Position numbers and translations under genes: made by a program | Notes under the pieces: model-generated | Told to the model about the DNA's origin: nothing | What the model saw: the letters and a program-made list of their open reading frames with translations, nothing else | The model's database searches: none | Shown: piece after piece, positions 18,389 through 26,997 of the stretch | Position numbering within the stretch: the first letter of the stretch is position 1 | Layout: each line of letters opens with the position of its first letter | Origin: Clostridia bacterium | Lineage (GTDB): Bacteria; Bacillota; Clostridia; Oscillospirales; QAKW01 | Assembly: GCA_017436525.1 (NCBI GenBank) | Contig: JAFSCX010000006.1 | Location: 1 to 63,486, forward strand | Length of the DNA: 63,486 nt | Direction: 5' to 3'

Positions 18389-19470
18389 AAAGACTGTTGA
18401 TCTTAATATGTATATTATTATTGCTCGCCCCAAGAGCATTTGGAGAAGAGGATGGCTATAATGATGATTTTCGATATTCGGTTACGCCGGAGGATTCCCT
18501 TTTATCAGAGAGCACCGACATAGAAGACCCCAATTCTATTAAAGAAGATCTTGAATTTCAAAAAATATTTGCCTATTTTATGCGGCTTATAAAAAGCGGG
18601 TTAAAGGCTTCATTGAAAAGCTTGATCACAGGAATTGCAATGGTATTGCTCTCGGTGCTTGTAAATCGCTGCAGCGGCAATATTCAAAATCAAAATCTTC
18701 AGATGATGTTCTCCTTTATTGTATCGATTTCGATTGCCTTGATGTGTGAAGGAACATTGCGCGGCTGTGCTGTGGCATTGCAGGAGACGATCGAGAATAT
18801 GGGTGTCTTTACTGCCGCTTGTATTCCGTCCTTTTCCGTGGTAATGATAGCGGCAGGGGAGGGCGCAAGTGCTGCAGTTTTTTCGGCGGTAATGGTTTTG
18901 GTGGGAGAATTGGGTACTTTGGTTTCCGGCGGACTTTTGATGCCGCTTACCGATGTATATCTTGCGATCGGTATTTGCTCGGCAGTCAGTGATGAATATA
19001 ATTTTTCCACCATTGCCAAGAATATTCGCAGGTTCATCATATGGTCTATTTCGCTTTTGACTATCGTTTTTCGCTTGATTTTGAAATTACAAGCAAGTGC
19101 GGCCTCAGCAGGAGATCAGCTCACGAAAAAATACATTAAATCAGCGATTGGAACTTTGATTCCATTGGTGGGCGGTACCCTTCAGCAAGGGATTGATGGG
19201 CTCTTTACCATGGCGGCTGGAGTTAAAACCTCTTTTGCCATTGCGGGCGTTTTAATGGTATTATCTCTGATGCTTCCGTCGTTAATTTCAATTGGGATTC
19301 ATGGAATTGTATGGAGTCTTTGCAGGTGGGTGGCAGAATTTTTGAACGACAGCACCATCCGATCTATTGCAGATGTCCTTGCAAATAGTTTTTATTTGAT
19401 GCTTGCTTTGGGCGGAAGTGTGGCTCTGATGGGATTGTTTTCGTTCTTCGGAATTATGGTTGCGGTGTAG
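18385..19470 (+). CDS. spoIIIAE: Stage III sporulation protein AE
   Basis: Multi-TM, IPLVGG motif, operon position. Confidence 0.82.
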   Translation: MKRLLILICILLLLAPRAFGEEDGYNDDFRYSVTPEDSLLSESTDIEDPNSIKEDLEFQKIFAYFMRLIKSGLKASLKSLITGIAMVLLSVLVNRCSGNIQNQNLQMMFSFIVSISIALMCEGTLRGCAVALQETIENMGVFTAACIPSFSVVMIAAGEGASAAVFSAVMVLVGELGTLVSGGLLMPLTDVYLAIGICSAVSDEYNFSTIAKNIRRFIIWSISLLTIVFRLILKLQASAASAGDQLTKKYIKSAIGTLIPLVGGTLQQGIDGLFTMAAGVKTSFAIAGVLMVLSLMLPSLISIGIHGIVWSLCRWVAEFLNDSTIRSIADVLANSFYLMLALGGSVALMGLFSFFGIMVAV

Positions 19471-19474
19471 AAAA

Positions 19475-19921
19475 ATGGAAGGAATCAGAAGTGCGGGCCT
19501 TATCATCTGCATTTTGATGGTTTTAATGGCCTATCTAAAGCAGGCAATTCCAAAAGGTAAAAGCCTTTATCTCATGAAAGCAATTATATCGATCTTTATT
19601 CTTCTGAGTATTATCAGCAGCGTGAGAGGAATTAGTTGGAAAGGGCTTGAGGGCCTGATAAACGGCTCTTATTCCCAAAGCAATGAGGTATGGGAGAATG
19701 CGGCCGATTTAATGGAAAAGGGCCTTCTGGATGAATTTCAGCGGTATTTAGATGATGAAAACATTGATGGGCAGGTATTGGAGGTGCAGGTAAAGGGCAG
19801 CTTGGATGATTTTAGGATTGATTTTGTAAAAGTAGCAGGTAAGGAATCCTCGACCGCTAAAAAGCTTTTGGCAGGTCGTTACCAGATCGGTTTGAATTTA
19901 ATAGAGGCAGTAGATGAATGA
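19475..19921 (+). CDS. spoIIIAF: Stage III sporulation protein AF (divergent)
   Basis: Two N-terminal TMs flanking IPKGK; position between AE and AG. Confidence 0.65.
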   Translation: MEGIRSAGLIICILMVLMAYLKQAIPKGKSLYLMKAIISIFILLSIISSVRGISWKGLEGLINGSYSQSNEVWENAADLMEKGLLDEFQRYLDDENIDGQVLEVQVKGSLDDFRIDFVKVAGKESSTAKKLLAGRYQIGLNLIEAVDE

Positions 19922-20375
19922 ATGGATAGAAAAATATAAAAGTGAACTCAAAAAATATTGGTTGATCCCCGTAATGATCTTTGCCGGAATTTTGCTGATG
20001 ATGCGTCCGTCGGCAGATCAAAATCAAAAGGTGGATTATAATGCAGAGCAGCAGGATTATATCCGCCGCATGGAGGCTCAAATTCAGGAGATGCTTCTTG
20101 GTATCGAAGGCGCCGGAGAGTGCAAGGTATCGGTATCTCTTGCTTCTGGCGGCAGAAAAGAATATGTGCGGGAAGCGGGGAGTGTATTGGTGATCACCGA
20201 TAAGAACGGAAATGAAACTCCTGTGTTGGCGCGGGAAGGATTGCCTGAAATTGCAGGCATTACCATCGCAAGCGCAGGCGCCGGAAGTGTGTCGATACGA
20301 AATCGAATTATTGAGGCGGTAAGTACGCTTACGGATGTCGGCACGAATAAAATTTGCGTTGTGATGGTAAGTTAG
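19914..20375 (+). CDS. spoIIIAG: Stage III sporulation protein AG
   Basis: EMLLGIEGAGECKV, PEIAGITIASAGA, IIEAVSTL...NKICV. Confidence 0.85.
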   Translation: MNEWIEKYKSELKKYWLIPVMIFAGILLMMRPSADQNQKVDYNAEQQDYIRRMEAQIQEMLLGIEGAGECKVSVSLASGGRKEYVREAGSVLVITDKNGNETPVLAREGLPEIAGITIASAGAGSVSIRNRIIEAVSTLTDVGTNKICVVMVS

Positions 20376-20387
20376 GGTAAATGAATT

Positions 20388-20948
20388 ATGAAAATCAATA
20401 AAAAACAAATTGTATTTTTGACATTGGCGTTGGTCGTATGCATCGCTGTATATCTTAATTGGCGATTCTTGGATCATGTTGATATCAGCGACGGAAGCAG
20501 TGTGGTAGAGACCGGTCAGCAGAATCAGGAGGAAGAGGAAAAGAAGCTGGGTGAGGCTGAATTGGTGGAGACGGTAGCAAAAGACGTGCAGGAATATTTT
20601 GAGGAGTGCAGGCTGAATAAGCAGCAGACCCGAGATGAGGCATTGGAGCTTTTGAAGGTTGTTGCTACCAGCGGTGAATCAGCAGCCGATACAAAGGAAA
20701 AAGCAAATGCCGATATGGTGAATTTGGCTAATATTACGGAAGTAGAGGGAACCATTGAGGGCTTGATTAAGGCGAAGGGCTTTAAGGATTGTATGGTTTA
20801 CATAACTGATGAATCGGTTAATGTTGTGGTTGCCACCGAAGGACTCAGCACCGAGCAGGCGGCTCAGATCAATGAAATTGTAATCAGCGAATCCGGCAAG
20901 GTCGCTTCTGCAGTTAAAATTGTGGAGATCAAGACAGAAAAGGGCTGA
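20388..20948 (+). CDS. spoIIIAH: Stage III sporulation protein AH
   Basis: N-terminal TM (AVYLNW), YFEECRL, EGLIKAKGFKDCMV. Confidence 0.9.
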   Translation: MKINKKQIVFLTLALVVCIAVYLNWRFLDHVDISDGSSVVETGQQNQEEEEKKLGEAELVETVAKDVQEYFEECRLNKQQTRDEALELLKVVATSGESAADTKEKANADMVNLANITEVEGTIEGLIKAKGFKDCMVYITDESVNVVVATEGLSTEQAAQINEIVISESGKVASAVKIVEIKTEKG

Positions 20949-21035
20949 TTCTCGGCCTTTTCATAAAAAAACTTGCAATTATGGCAGGCGGTGTGATATA
21001 ATAATTTCAAATGATATTGCAAAGGAGATTCAATT

Positions 21036-21389
21036 ATGGATATATCAAATGAATTAGGCACTGTTGCGATTTCTGATGAAGTGTTATGTACCATCGCCGG
21101 TGTTGCCGCAAAGGAAGTAGATGGTGTTGCAGAGCTGGCCGCTTCTTTGGGCGGGAATATCAAGGATTTGATCACTAAGAAATATGCCGGTAAGGGCGTA
21201 TCTGTTGAAAATAATGAAGGCGAATTGGTTGTTACTGTTAATATTGTAGTAAAATATAAAGCCAATGTGCAGGATGTTGCCTTGAAGGTGCAGGATGCTG
21301 TCCTTTGCGCGGTGAATGATATGACCAACTATGAAGTTGCGGCGGTCAATGTCAATGTGGTTAATGTCCAAATTGCAGATGAAAAGTAA
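21036..21389 (+). CDS. Asp23/Gls24-family (YqhY-like) protein
   Basis: GTVAISDEVL..IAGVAAKEVDGV, KGVSV, VQDAV...MT...VNVNV; usual position after spoIIIAH. Confidence 0.88.
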   Translation: MDISNELGTVAISDEVLCTIAGVAAKEVDGVAELAASLGGNIKDLITKKYAGKGVSVENNEGELVVTVNIVVKYKANVQDVALKVQDAVLCAVNDMTNYEVAAVNVNVVNVQIADEK

Positions 21390-21465
21390 ATAAAGAAAGG
21401 TGCGATCAATTTGATCGCACCTTTATGCATAGCAGAGAAAGAGCGGATCTATGAAGATCCGCTCC

Positions 21466-21756
21466 TCAGACTGTCAAAAAAGGCACAGATCGCAGAAAAG
21501 AAGAGAACTAAAGAATTCTGCCGATTCTATAAATTAGCAAGAGAAAAGAAAGCCCACTCTTTTTCCTTGCTTTCTTATTATAAGGAAAAACTCCGCATCA
21601 TCATGCGGAGTTTTGATTAAAATTTTCTGCTTTCCGCCGATCTGCTCTCTGCCGTACCTGTGTACGCCGACGAGAACAGATCGACGAAATCTGCACTCTT
21701 TTTTGAGAGTCTCCCAGCGTGTCAAAAACCTCCGCGGGAGTTTTTTGACACGCTGA
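21466..21756 (+). mobile_element. MITE-like family A, full copy, plus abutting 41-bp mini-palindrome
   Basis: TCAGACTGTCAAAAAA ... TTTTTTGAGAGTCTC (to 21713), then CAGCGTGTCAAAAA..TTTTTGACACGCTG (21715-21755); homologous to 1-217 and 22756-22901. Confidence 0.85.
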
Positions 21757-21843
21757 AAAAAGAGGCGTTCGCCTCTTTTTTATTTACATTTTATACAGGG
21801 TATGATAGTATAATAAAGTAAAACGAAGGAAAGGGAAAAAATA

Positions 21844-22755
21844 GTGGAAGTATTATATTTTTTGGAATCTATTCGAAATCCTGTTTTGGATTTTTTAATG
21901 TCGGCGCTGACTCATTTCGGAGAGGAAACCCTCTTCTTGGTGGCAGTGATGATCTTTTTATGGTGCGTCAATAAAAAGGACGGTTATTTTCTGCTTCTGG
22001 CAGGGATTTTCGGCACCCAGATCAATCAGCTGCTGAAGATCACCTTTCGGATTGAGCGGCCTTGGGTGCGGGATCCGGAGTTTACGGTGGTAGGCGATGC
22101 CAAAGCAAGCGCAGGGGGCTATTCCTTCCCCAGCGGCCATACCCAAAGCGCAGTAACCACCTTCGGCGGAATCGCCCGCATTACCAAGCGGGCTTGGCTG
22201 CGGGTGGCAGGGATTGCCATCTGCCTGATTGTGCCGATCACTCGGATGTATTTGGGGGTTCATACTCCTGCAGATGTCCTGACCTCGCTGGTATTGGCAA
22301 CCGCCATGGTTTTGCTCTTTTATCCTCTTATGAATAAAATTTGGGAGACCAAAAACGGCGTGCGCTATCTCCTTTGGGCCTTGCTCGGCTGGTCGATCCT
22401 CCATAGCCTTTTTATGAAATTCTTCCCCTTCCCTGCCGATACGGCAGCAGCAGAGATTGCAGGCGCGCTGAAGAATTCCTATAAGCTGCTGGGCGCCACC
22501 GCGGGCTTCTATTGCGCTTATGAGATGGATCGTAAATGGCTGCATTTTGAAGTGCAGGCGGTATGGTGGGCGCAGATTCTGAAGGTGGCAGGAGGCCTGA
22601 TCCTTACAGTGGCGGTGCAGGAACTTGGCTATCTGATCGTCGGTCTTTTTACCGATGCCCTTTTCGGCCGCGCCATCATCTATTTTGCCATGGCCCTTGC
22701 GGCGGCAGGGTTATGGCCGATCACCTTTAAGTGGTTTGCAAAACTTGGAAAATAA
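21844..22755 (+). CDS. PAP2-family membrane phosphatase
   Basis: KITFRIERP, YSFPSGHT, RMYLGVHTPADV motifs; multi-TM. Confidence 0.9.
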   Translation: MEVLYFLESIRNPVLDFLMSALTHFGEETLFLVAVMIFLWCVNKKDGYFLLLAGIFGTQINQLLKITFRIERPWVRDPEFTVVGDAKASAGGYSFPSGHTQSAVTTFGGIARITKRAWLRVAGIAICLIVPITRMYLGVHTPADVLTSLVLATAMVLLFYPLMNKIWETKNGVRYLLWALLGWSILHSLFMKFFPFPADTAAAEIAGALKNSYKLLGATAGFYCAYEMDRKWLHFEVQAVWWAQILKVAGGLILTVAVQELGYLIVGLFTDALFGRAIIYFAMALAAAGLWPITFKWFAKLGK

Positions 22756-22901
22756 AGACTGTCAAAAAAGGCACAGACCGCAGAAAATAAGAGAATAAAA
22801 GAATTCTGCTAATTCTGTGAATTCACAAGGAAAAAGAAATCCCACTCTTTTTTGAGAGTCTCCCAGCGTGTCAAAAACCTCCGCAGGAGTTTTTGACACG
22901 C
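22756..22901 (+). mobile_element. MITE-like family A, internally deleted copy
   Basis: Same left end and same right composite end as 21466-21756; lacks the segment between two CACTCTTTTT repeats. Confidence 0.85.
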
Positions 22902-22927
22902 AAAAAAAAGAGGCGAAGCCTCTTTTT

Positions 22928-24325
22928 TTATTGCTTCATTAAGATTTTTACGCCGTCTTTTCCATCCTCCAGCAGCACGCCCTTGGCGGCAAGCTCATCG
23001 CGGATGGCATCGGCTCTTGCAAAATCCTTGGCGGCCCGAGCGGCGGTCCGCTCCTCGACCAAGGCCTTGATCTCTTCGGGAATCTCCTGCTCCATCTCAC
23101 CGGTTACAATGTTGAGCACATGGGTCATCTCGGTAAAGAGCTCCTTCATGGCGGTGAGGAAGGGGGCGGAGTGGGTCTCGGCCAGGCGGGTATTGATCCA
23201 GCGGGCCAGATCAAAGATGGCGGAGAGGGCGTCGGCGGTGTTGAGGTCGTCGTCCATCTTCTCCAAGAATTTTTCCTTAAAGGCGGGCAGCTCGCCAAGG
23301 AGCGCTTCCTCCTCGGAAGAAAGCTTGCCGCCGGCGCTCTTTAAGGCATAGTCCAGATTATTTTTGGTGGTATAAAGGCGGGCAAGGCTTGCCTTGGCAG
23401 CTTCCAATACATCCTTGCTATAGTTGATGGGGCTTCTATAGTGAGAAGAGAGCATAAAGAGGCGGATTGCCTCATAGCCATAGGCGGCCGCCGCATCACG
23501 GACGGTAAAGAAATTGCCTGCGGATTTGCTCATTTTATGGTTATCCACATTGATATGGCCGTTATGAAGCCAATAATGGGCAAATTCACAGCCGTTGGCC
23601 GCCTCGCTTTGGGCGATCTCATTTTCATGGTGGGGGAAGATCAGATCCACACCGCCGCAATGAATATCAATGGTTTTGCCTAAGAATTTGCAGGCCATGG
23701 CAGAGCATTCAATATGCCAGCCGGGGCGGCCCATGCCCCAAGGGCTTTCCCATGCGGGCTCTCCTTCTTTGGCCGCTTTCCAGACAGCAAAGTCCATCGG
23801 ATCCTTTTTCAGATCATTTACATCGATTCTTGCGCCGCTTTCCAGCTGATCCATGGGCAGATGAGAAAGCTTGCCGTAGCCCTTGAATTCTTTGGTGGAA
23901 TAAAAGACATCGCCGCCCGATTCATAGGCATAGCCCTTTTCAATGAGGGCTTCGATGATCTTGATGATATCGCCGATGCAATGAGTGGCGCGGGGGTGGA
24001 TGGTTGCTTTGCCTACGCCGAGACCTTGGGCGTCGGTATAATATTCTGCAATATAGCGATCGCCGAGTTCTGCAAGGGTAACCCCTTCTTCGTTGGATTT
24101 TTTGATCATTTTATCATCCACGTCGGTAAAATTCTGCACAAACTTTACCTTATAGCCCCGATATTCAAAATAACGGCGCAATACATCGAAGGTAATAAAG
24201 GGGCGGGCGTTGCCGATATGAAAGAAATTATAGACGGTAGGGCCGCAGGCGTACATCAGCACTTTGCCTGGGGTGATGGGGACAAATTCTTCTTTCTGAC
24301 GGGTCAGGGTGTTATAAAGCTTCAT
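22928..24325 (-). CDS. cysS: Cysteine--tRNA ligase
   Basis: MYACGPTVY, HIGNAR, GRPGWHIECS, FPHHENE, KMSKS. Confidence 0.98.
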   Translation of the reverse strand: MKLYNTLTRQKEEFVPITPGKVLMYACGPTVYNFFHIGNARPFITFDVLRRYFEYRGYKVKFVQNFTDVDDKMIKKSNEEGVTLAELGDRYIAEYYTDAQGLGVGKATIHPRATHCIGDIIKIIEALIEKGYAYESGGDVFYSTKEFKGYGKLSHLPMDQLESGARIDVNDLKKDPMDFAVWKAAKEGEPAWESPWGMGRPGWHIECSAMACKFLGKTIDIHCGGVDLIFPHHENEIAQSEAANGCEFAHYWLHNGHINVDNHKMSKSAGNFFTVRDAAAAYGYEAIRLFMLSSHYRSPINYSKDVLEAAKASLARLYTTKNNLDYALKSAGGKLSSEEEALLGELPAFKEKFLEKMDDDLNTADALSAIFDLARWINTRLAETHSAPFLTAMKELFTEMTHVLNIVTGEMEQEIPEEIKALVEERTAARAAKDFARADAIRDELAAKGVLLEDGKDGVKILMKQ

Positions 24326-24328
24326 GAT

Positions 24329-24955
24329 TTATTTCTCCTCTAATTTTTTCTCAAGCTCTGCAATACGGGCCTGCAGGCGGCAAAGCTCCTGCGCCACAGG
24401 GTCGGAAATATGGATCTGATCCAAGGGATCTACCTTCTGCCCATTCTGGCGGATGACCCTTGCCGGCACACCGACAGCGGTGGAATGGGGCGGCACCGGA
24501 TCCAGCACCACCGCATTGGCGGCGATCTTGCTATGGCTGCCGATGGTGAAGGGCCCTAAGATTTTGGCGCCGCTGCCGACCATGACATGATCCTCTAAGG
24601 TGGGATGGCGCTTGCCGGTATCCTTGCCGGTACCGCCTAAGGTAACCCCCTGATAGAGCAGGCAATAATCGCCCACCTCGGCCGTCTCGCCGATTACAAT
24701 GCCGGTGCCATGGTCGATGCAGAGGCCTCTGCCGATCTTGGCGGCAGGATGGATCTCCACGCCGGTGCGAAATTTGGCATATTGGGAAACCCAGCGGGCC
24801 AAAAAATAGCGCCGATGGATATAAAGCCAATGGGAAAGGCGGTAAAATAAGACCGCATGAAATCCATTATAAAGAAGGAAGATTTCCGCCTTGCTGCGGG
24901 CGGCAGGATCCCGCTCCTTAAAGGCGTTCAGATCCTCCCGAACTTTCTTAAACAT
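24329..24955 (-). CDS. cysE: Serine O-acetyltransferase
   Basis: [35 protein letters not shown]; start MFKK after GGAGG. Confidence 0.96.
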   Translation of the reverse strand: MFKKVREDLNAFKERDPAARSKAEIFLLYNGFHAVLFYRLSHWLYIHRRYFLARWVSQYAKFRTGVEIHPAAKIGRGLCIDHGTGIVIGETAEVGDYCLLYQGVTLGGTGKDTGKRHPTLEDHVMVGSGAKILGPFTIGSHSKIAANAVVLDPVPPHSTAVGVPARVIRQNGQKVDPLDQIHISDPVAQELCRLQARIAELEKKLEEK

Positions 24956-24967
24956 AAAATAACCTCC

Positions 24968-25215
24968 AAAAAATAAAAGCCCCTGCTGCATTATGCAACA
25001 GAGGCGTCCATCCATTCAAAACGCGGTTCCACTCCGAATTTGATCACTCTTTTCCTTGATAACGGGGAAGGCACCCCGCCCTTCACTCATGCAAAGGGGA
25101 TACGCTGCGAAGCGCACATTCGTATGATCTTTGCTTGCAAGGGCTTTCAGCCGCCGGCCCTCACTCTCTTTGAAGAAAGAAAATACTACTATTTTCGCAG
25201 GAAATACTGTTAATT
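24968..25215 (-). ncRNA. T-box leader (Cys) of cysE-cysS
   Basis: Minus strand: AGAGAG and GGCTGAAAG stem I motifs, GAATGTGC (Cys specifier UGU/UGC), CCCGTTATC, T-box AATTCGGAGTGGAACCGCG, then a GC hairpin with U tract; promoter TTGCTT-17-TATAAT at 25250-25222. Confidence 0.88.
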
Positions 25216-25278
25216 TAGTTTATTATATGCTATAATCACTTAAAAAGCAAGTCTTTTATTTTGATTCTTTTTCCAAAA

Positions 25279-25312
25279 TTTTCATAGTTTTTTCATATTG
25301 ATGGGTTATACT
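25279..25312 (+). promoter_or_regulatory. htrA promoter with tandem TTTTCATA boxes (CssR/OmpR-type site)
   Basis: TTTTCATA at 25279 and 25290 (11-bp period) in place of a -35, TATACT at 25307-25312; resembles Bacillus CssR boxes. Confidence 0.55.
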
Positions 25313-25348
25313 TATGATAGAATCAAAGAAATAAGGAGGGAAACCGCC

Positions 25349-26917
25349 GTGAATGAATATAATTTTGATCCCATGACGGGAGAGCCGATCGAAAAGCCCC
25401 AAGAGACACAGTCTCGAGAGGCACAGCCCCAAGAGCCGCAAGTTCAAGAAATTGAAATGCAAGAGTCTGAGATGCAAGAGCCTGAAATCCAAGAGCCTGA
25501 GATTCAAGAAGTGCAGCCCCAAGAGGCACAGCCCCAAGAGCCGGAAATGCAAGAGGCAGAAAAAGAGATGCCCCAAGCGCAGGCTTATCCGACTGAAGAA
25601 AATCCCGTTTATCATTATGCCCGCCCGAAAGCGGAAGCATCTTTTCAAAGAGAATATTCTTCTGCGGGAGGTGTAGGTTATGATCGGCCGTATACACCGC
25701 CTGTAAAAAAAGAGCCGAAGTTTGTTACCCAAAGAGCCTTGGCGATAGCAGTGGCAATCACGCTGATCGCGTCGCTTATTTTAGGCCTCGGCGGGGGGAT
25801 TCTGGCTGCCAAGCTGCTTCCCGGCGGCGCTACCCCTACCGGCACGGCGGTGATCTATAAAACCGCCAAGCTGCAGGATGCAGATGGGGATAAGCAAAGG
25901 AATGAACTGACCATTCCGGAGGTGGCAGAGCTTGTAAAGAATAGCGTAGTAGAGATCACCACCGAGCAGATTGTAACCGGCTCCTTTATGCAGCAGTATG
26001 TAAGCGAGGGCGCGGGAAGCGGCGTGATCTTTACCAAGGACGGTTATATTGTTACCAACCATCATGTCATCGATGGGGCAACCAATATCAAGGTGCGCCT
26101 TGCCGACGGCACGGAATATACCGCCAAGCTTTTAGGCAGTGATGCCAAGAGCGATCTTGCGGTCATCAAGGTGGAGGCGGCAGATCTGACCCCTGCTGCC
26201 TTCGGAAAATCCGCCGAGCTCAAGGTGGGAGATACCGTCGTCGCTGTGGGCAATCCTTTGGGGGAACTGGGCGGTACGGTAACCCGCGGCATCATCAGTG
26301 CGCTGGATCGGGCCATTACCATCGATAAGGTAACCATGAATCTGCTCCAGACGGATACGGCCATCAACCCGGGAAATTCCGGCGGCGGAATGTTTAATAC
26401 CAGCGGTCAGCTGGTGGGCGTGGTCAACGCAAAATCCGCAGGGGAAGAGATCGAGGGGCTTGGCTTTGCCATTCCCATCGATACCGCAGCAAAGGTGATC
26501 GAGGATCTTTTGGAGCTGGGCTATGTTTCCGGCCGAGTAAGCACCGGCTTTACTTTTGTTGAAATTCGGGATTCTATGACGGCGATGATGTATCGTGTCA
26601 ATGAGATGGGCCTTTATATTTCTGCCGTAAAGAAGGGAAGCGATGGAGAAAAGGCCGGCTTCAAGAGCGGGGACTATGTGGTATCGGTAGAGGGGACCAT
26701 TGTAACCACCGAGGCCGAGGCCAATGCCATCATTGATACCAAATCCCCCGGCGATACGGTGAAGATCGAGATCAAGCGAAATGGGGAGAAGCAAACCATT
26801 CCTCTTACTTTGAGCGAATATGTGCCCGCAAAAGAAGAGCAAAAGACCAATGGGAGCAATCAGCAGGGCAATCAGCAGAGCAATCCTCTCGGAGGGATGT
26901 TCCCCTTTATGAACTGA
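25349..26917 (+). CDS. htrA: HtrA/DegP-family membrane serine protease
   Basis: GSGVI, VTNHHV, DLAVIK, QTDTAINPGNSGG, one PDZ, TM helix; GTG start after AAGGAGG. Confidence 0.93.
   Translation: MNEYNFDPMTGEPIEKPQETQSREAQPQEPQVQEIEMQESEMQEPEIQEPEIQEVQPQEAQPQEPEMQEAEKEMPQAQAYPTEENPVYHYARPKAEASFQREYSSAGGVGYDRPYTPPVKKEPKFVTQRALAIAVAITLIASLILGLGGGILAAKLLPGGATPTGTAVIYKTAKLQDADGDKQRNELTIPEVAELVKNSVVEITTEQIVTGSFMQQYVSEGAGSGVIFTKDGYIVTNHHVIDGATNIKVRLADGTEYTAKLLGSDAKSDLAVIKVEAADLTPAAFGKSAELKVGDTVVAVGNPLGELGGTVTRGIISALDRAITIDKVTMNLLQTDTAINPGNSGGGMFNTSGQLVGVVNAKSAGEEIEGLGFAIPIDTAAKVIEDLLELGYVSGRVSTGFTFVEIRDSMTAMMYRVNEMGLYISAVKKGSDGEKAGFKSGDYVVSVEGTIVTTEAEANAIIDTKSPGDTVKIEIKRNGEKQTIPLTLSEYVPAKEEQKTNGSNQQGNQQSNPLGGMFPFMN
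25400..25565 (+). repeat. Degenerate 15-bp coding tandem repeat (QEPEI-like pentapeptides)
   Basis: CAAGAGCCTGAAATC-like units encoding QETQS-REAQP-QEPQV-QEIEM-QESEM-QEPEI-QEPEI-QEVQP-QEAQP-QEPEM-QEAEK. Confidence 0.85.
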
Positions 26918-26997
26918 ATCAACAGGAGTTGCGAAAAATCTCGCAACTCCTGTTTTTCTTTTGTTGATTGGTGCATAGAATCTACCGAGGTGAAACT

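Noticed and set aside
21411-21725. 69-aa and 63-aa ORFs in the asp23-PAP2 gap
   Set aside because: They lie inside the non-coding repeat, have no RBS and show no transposase motifs.
25400-25565. Periodic repeats as a possible CRISPR array
   Set aside because: 15-bp in-frame coding repeats without spacers; no cas genes in the window.
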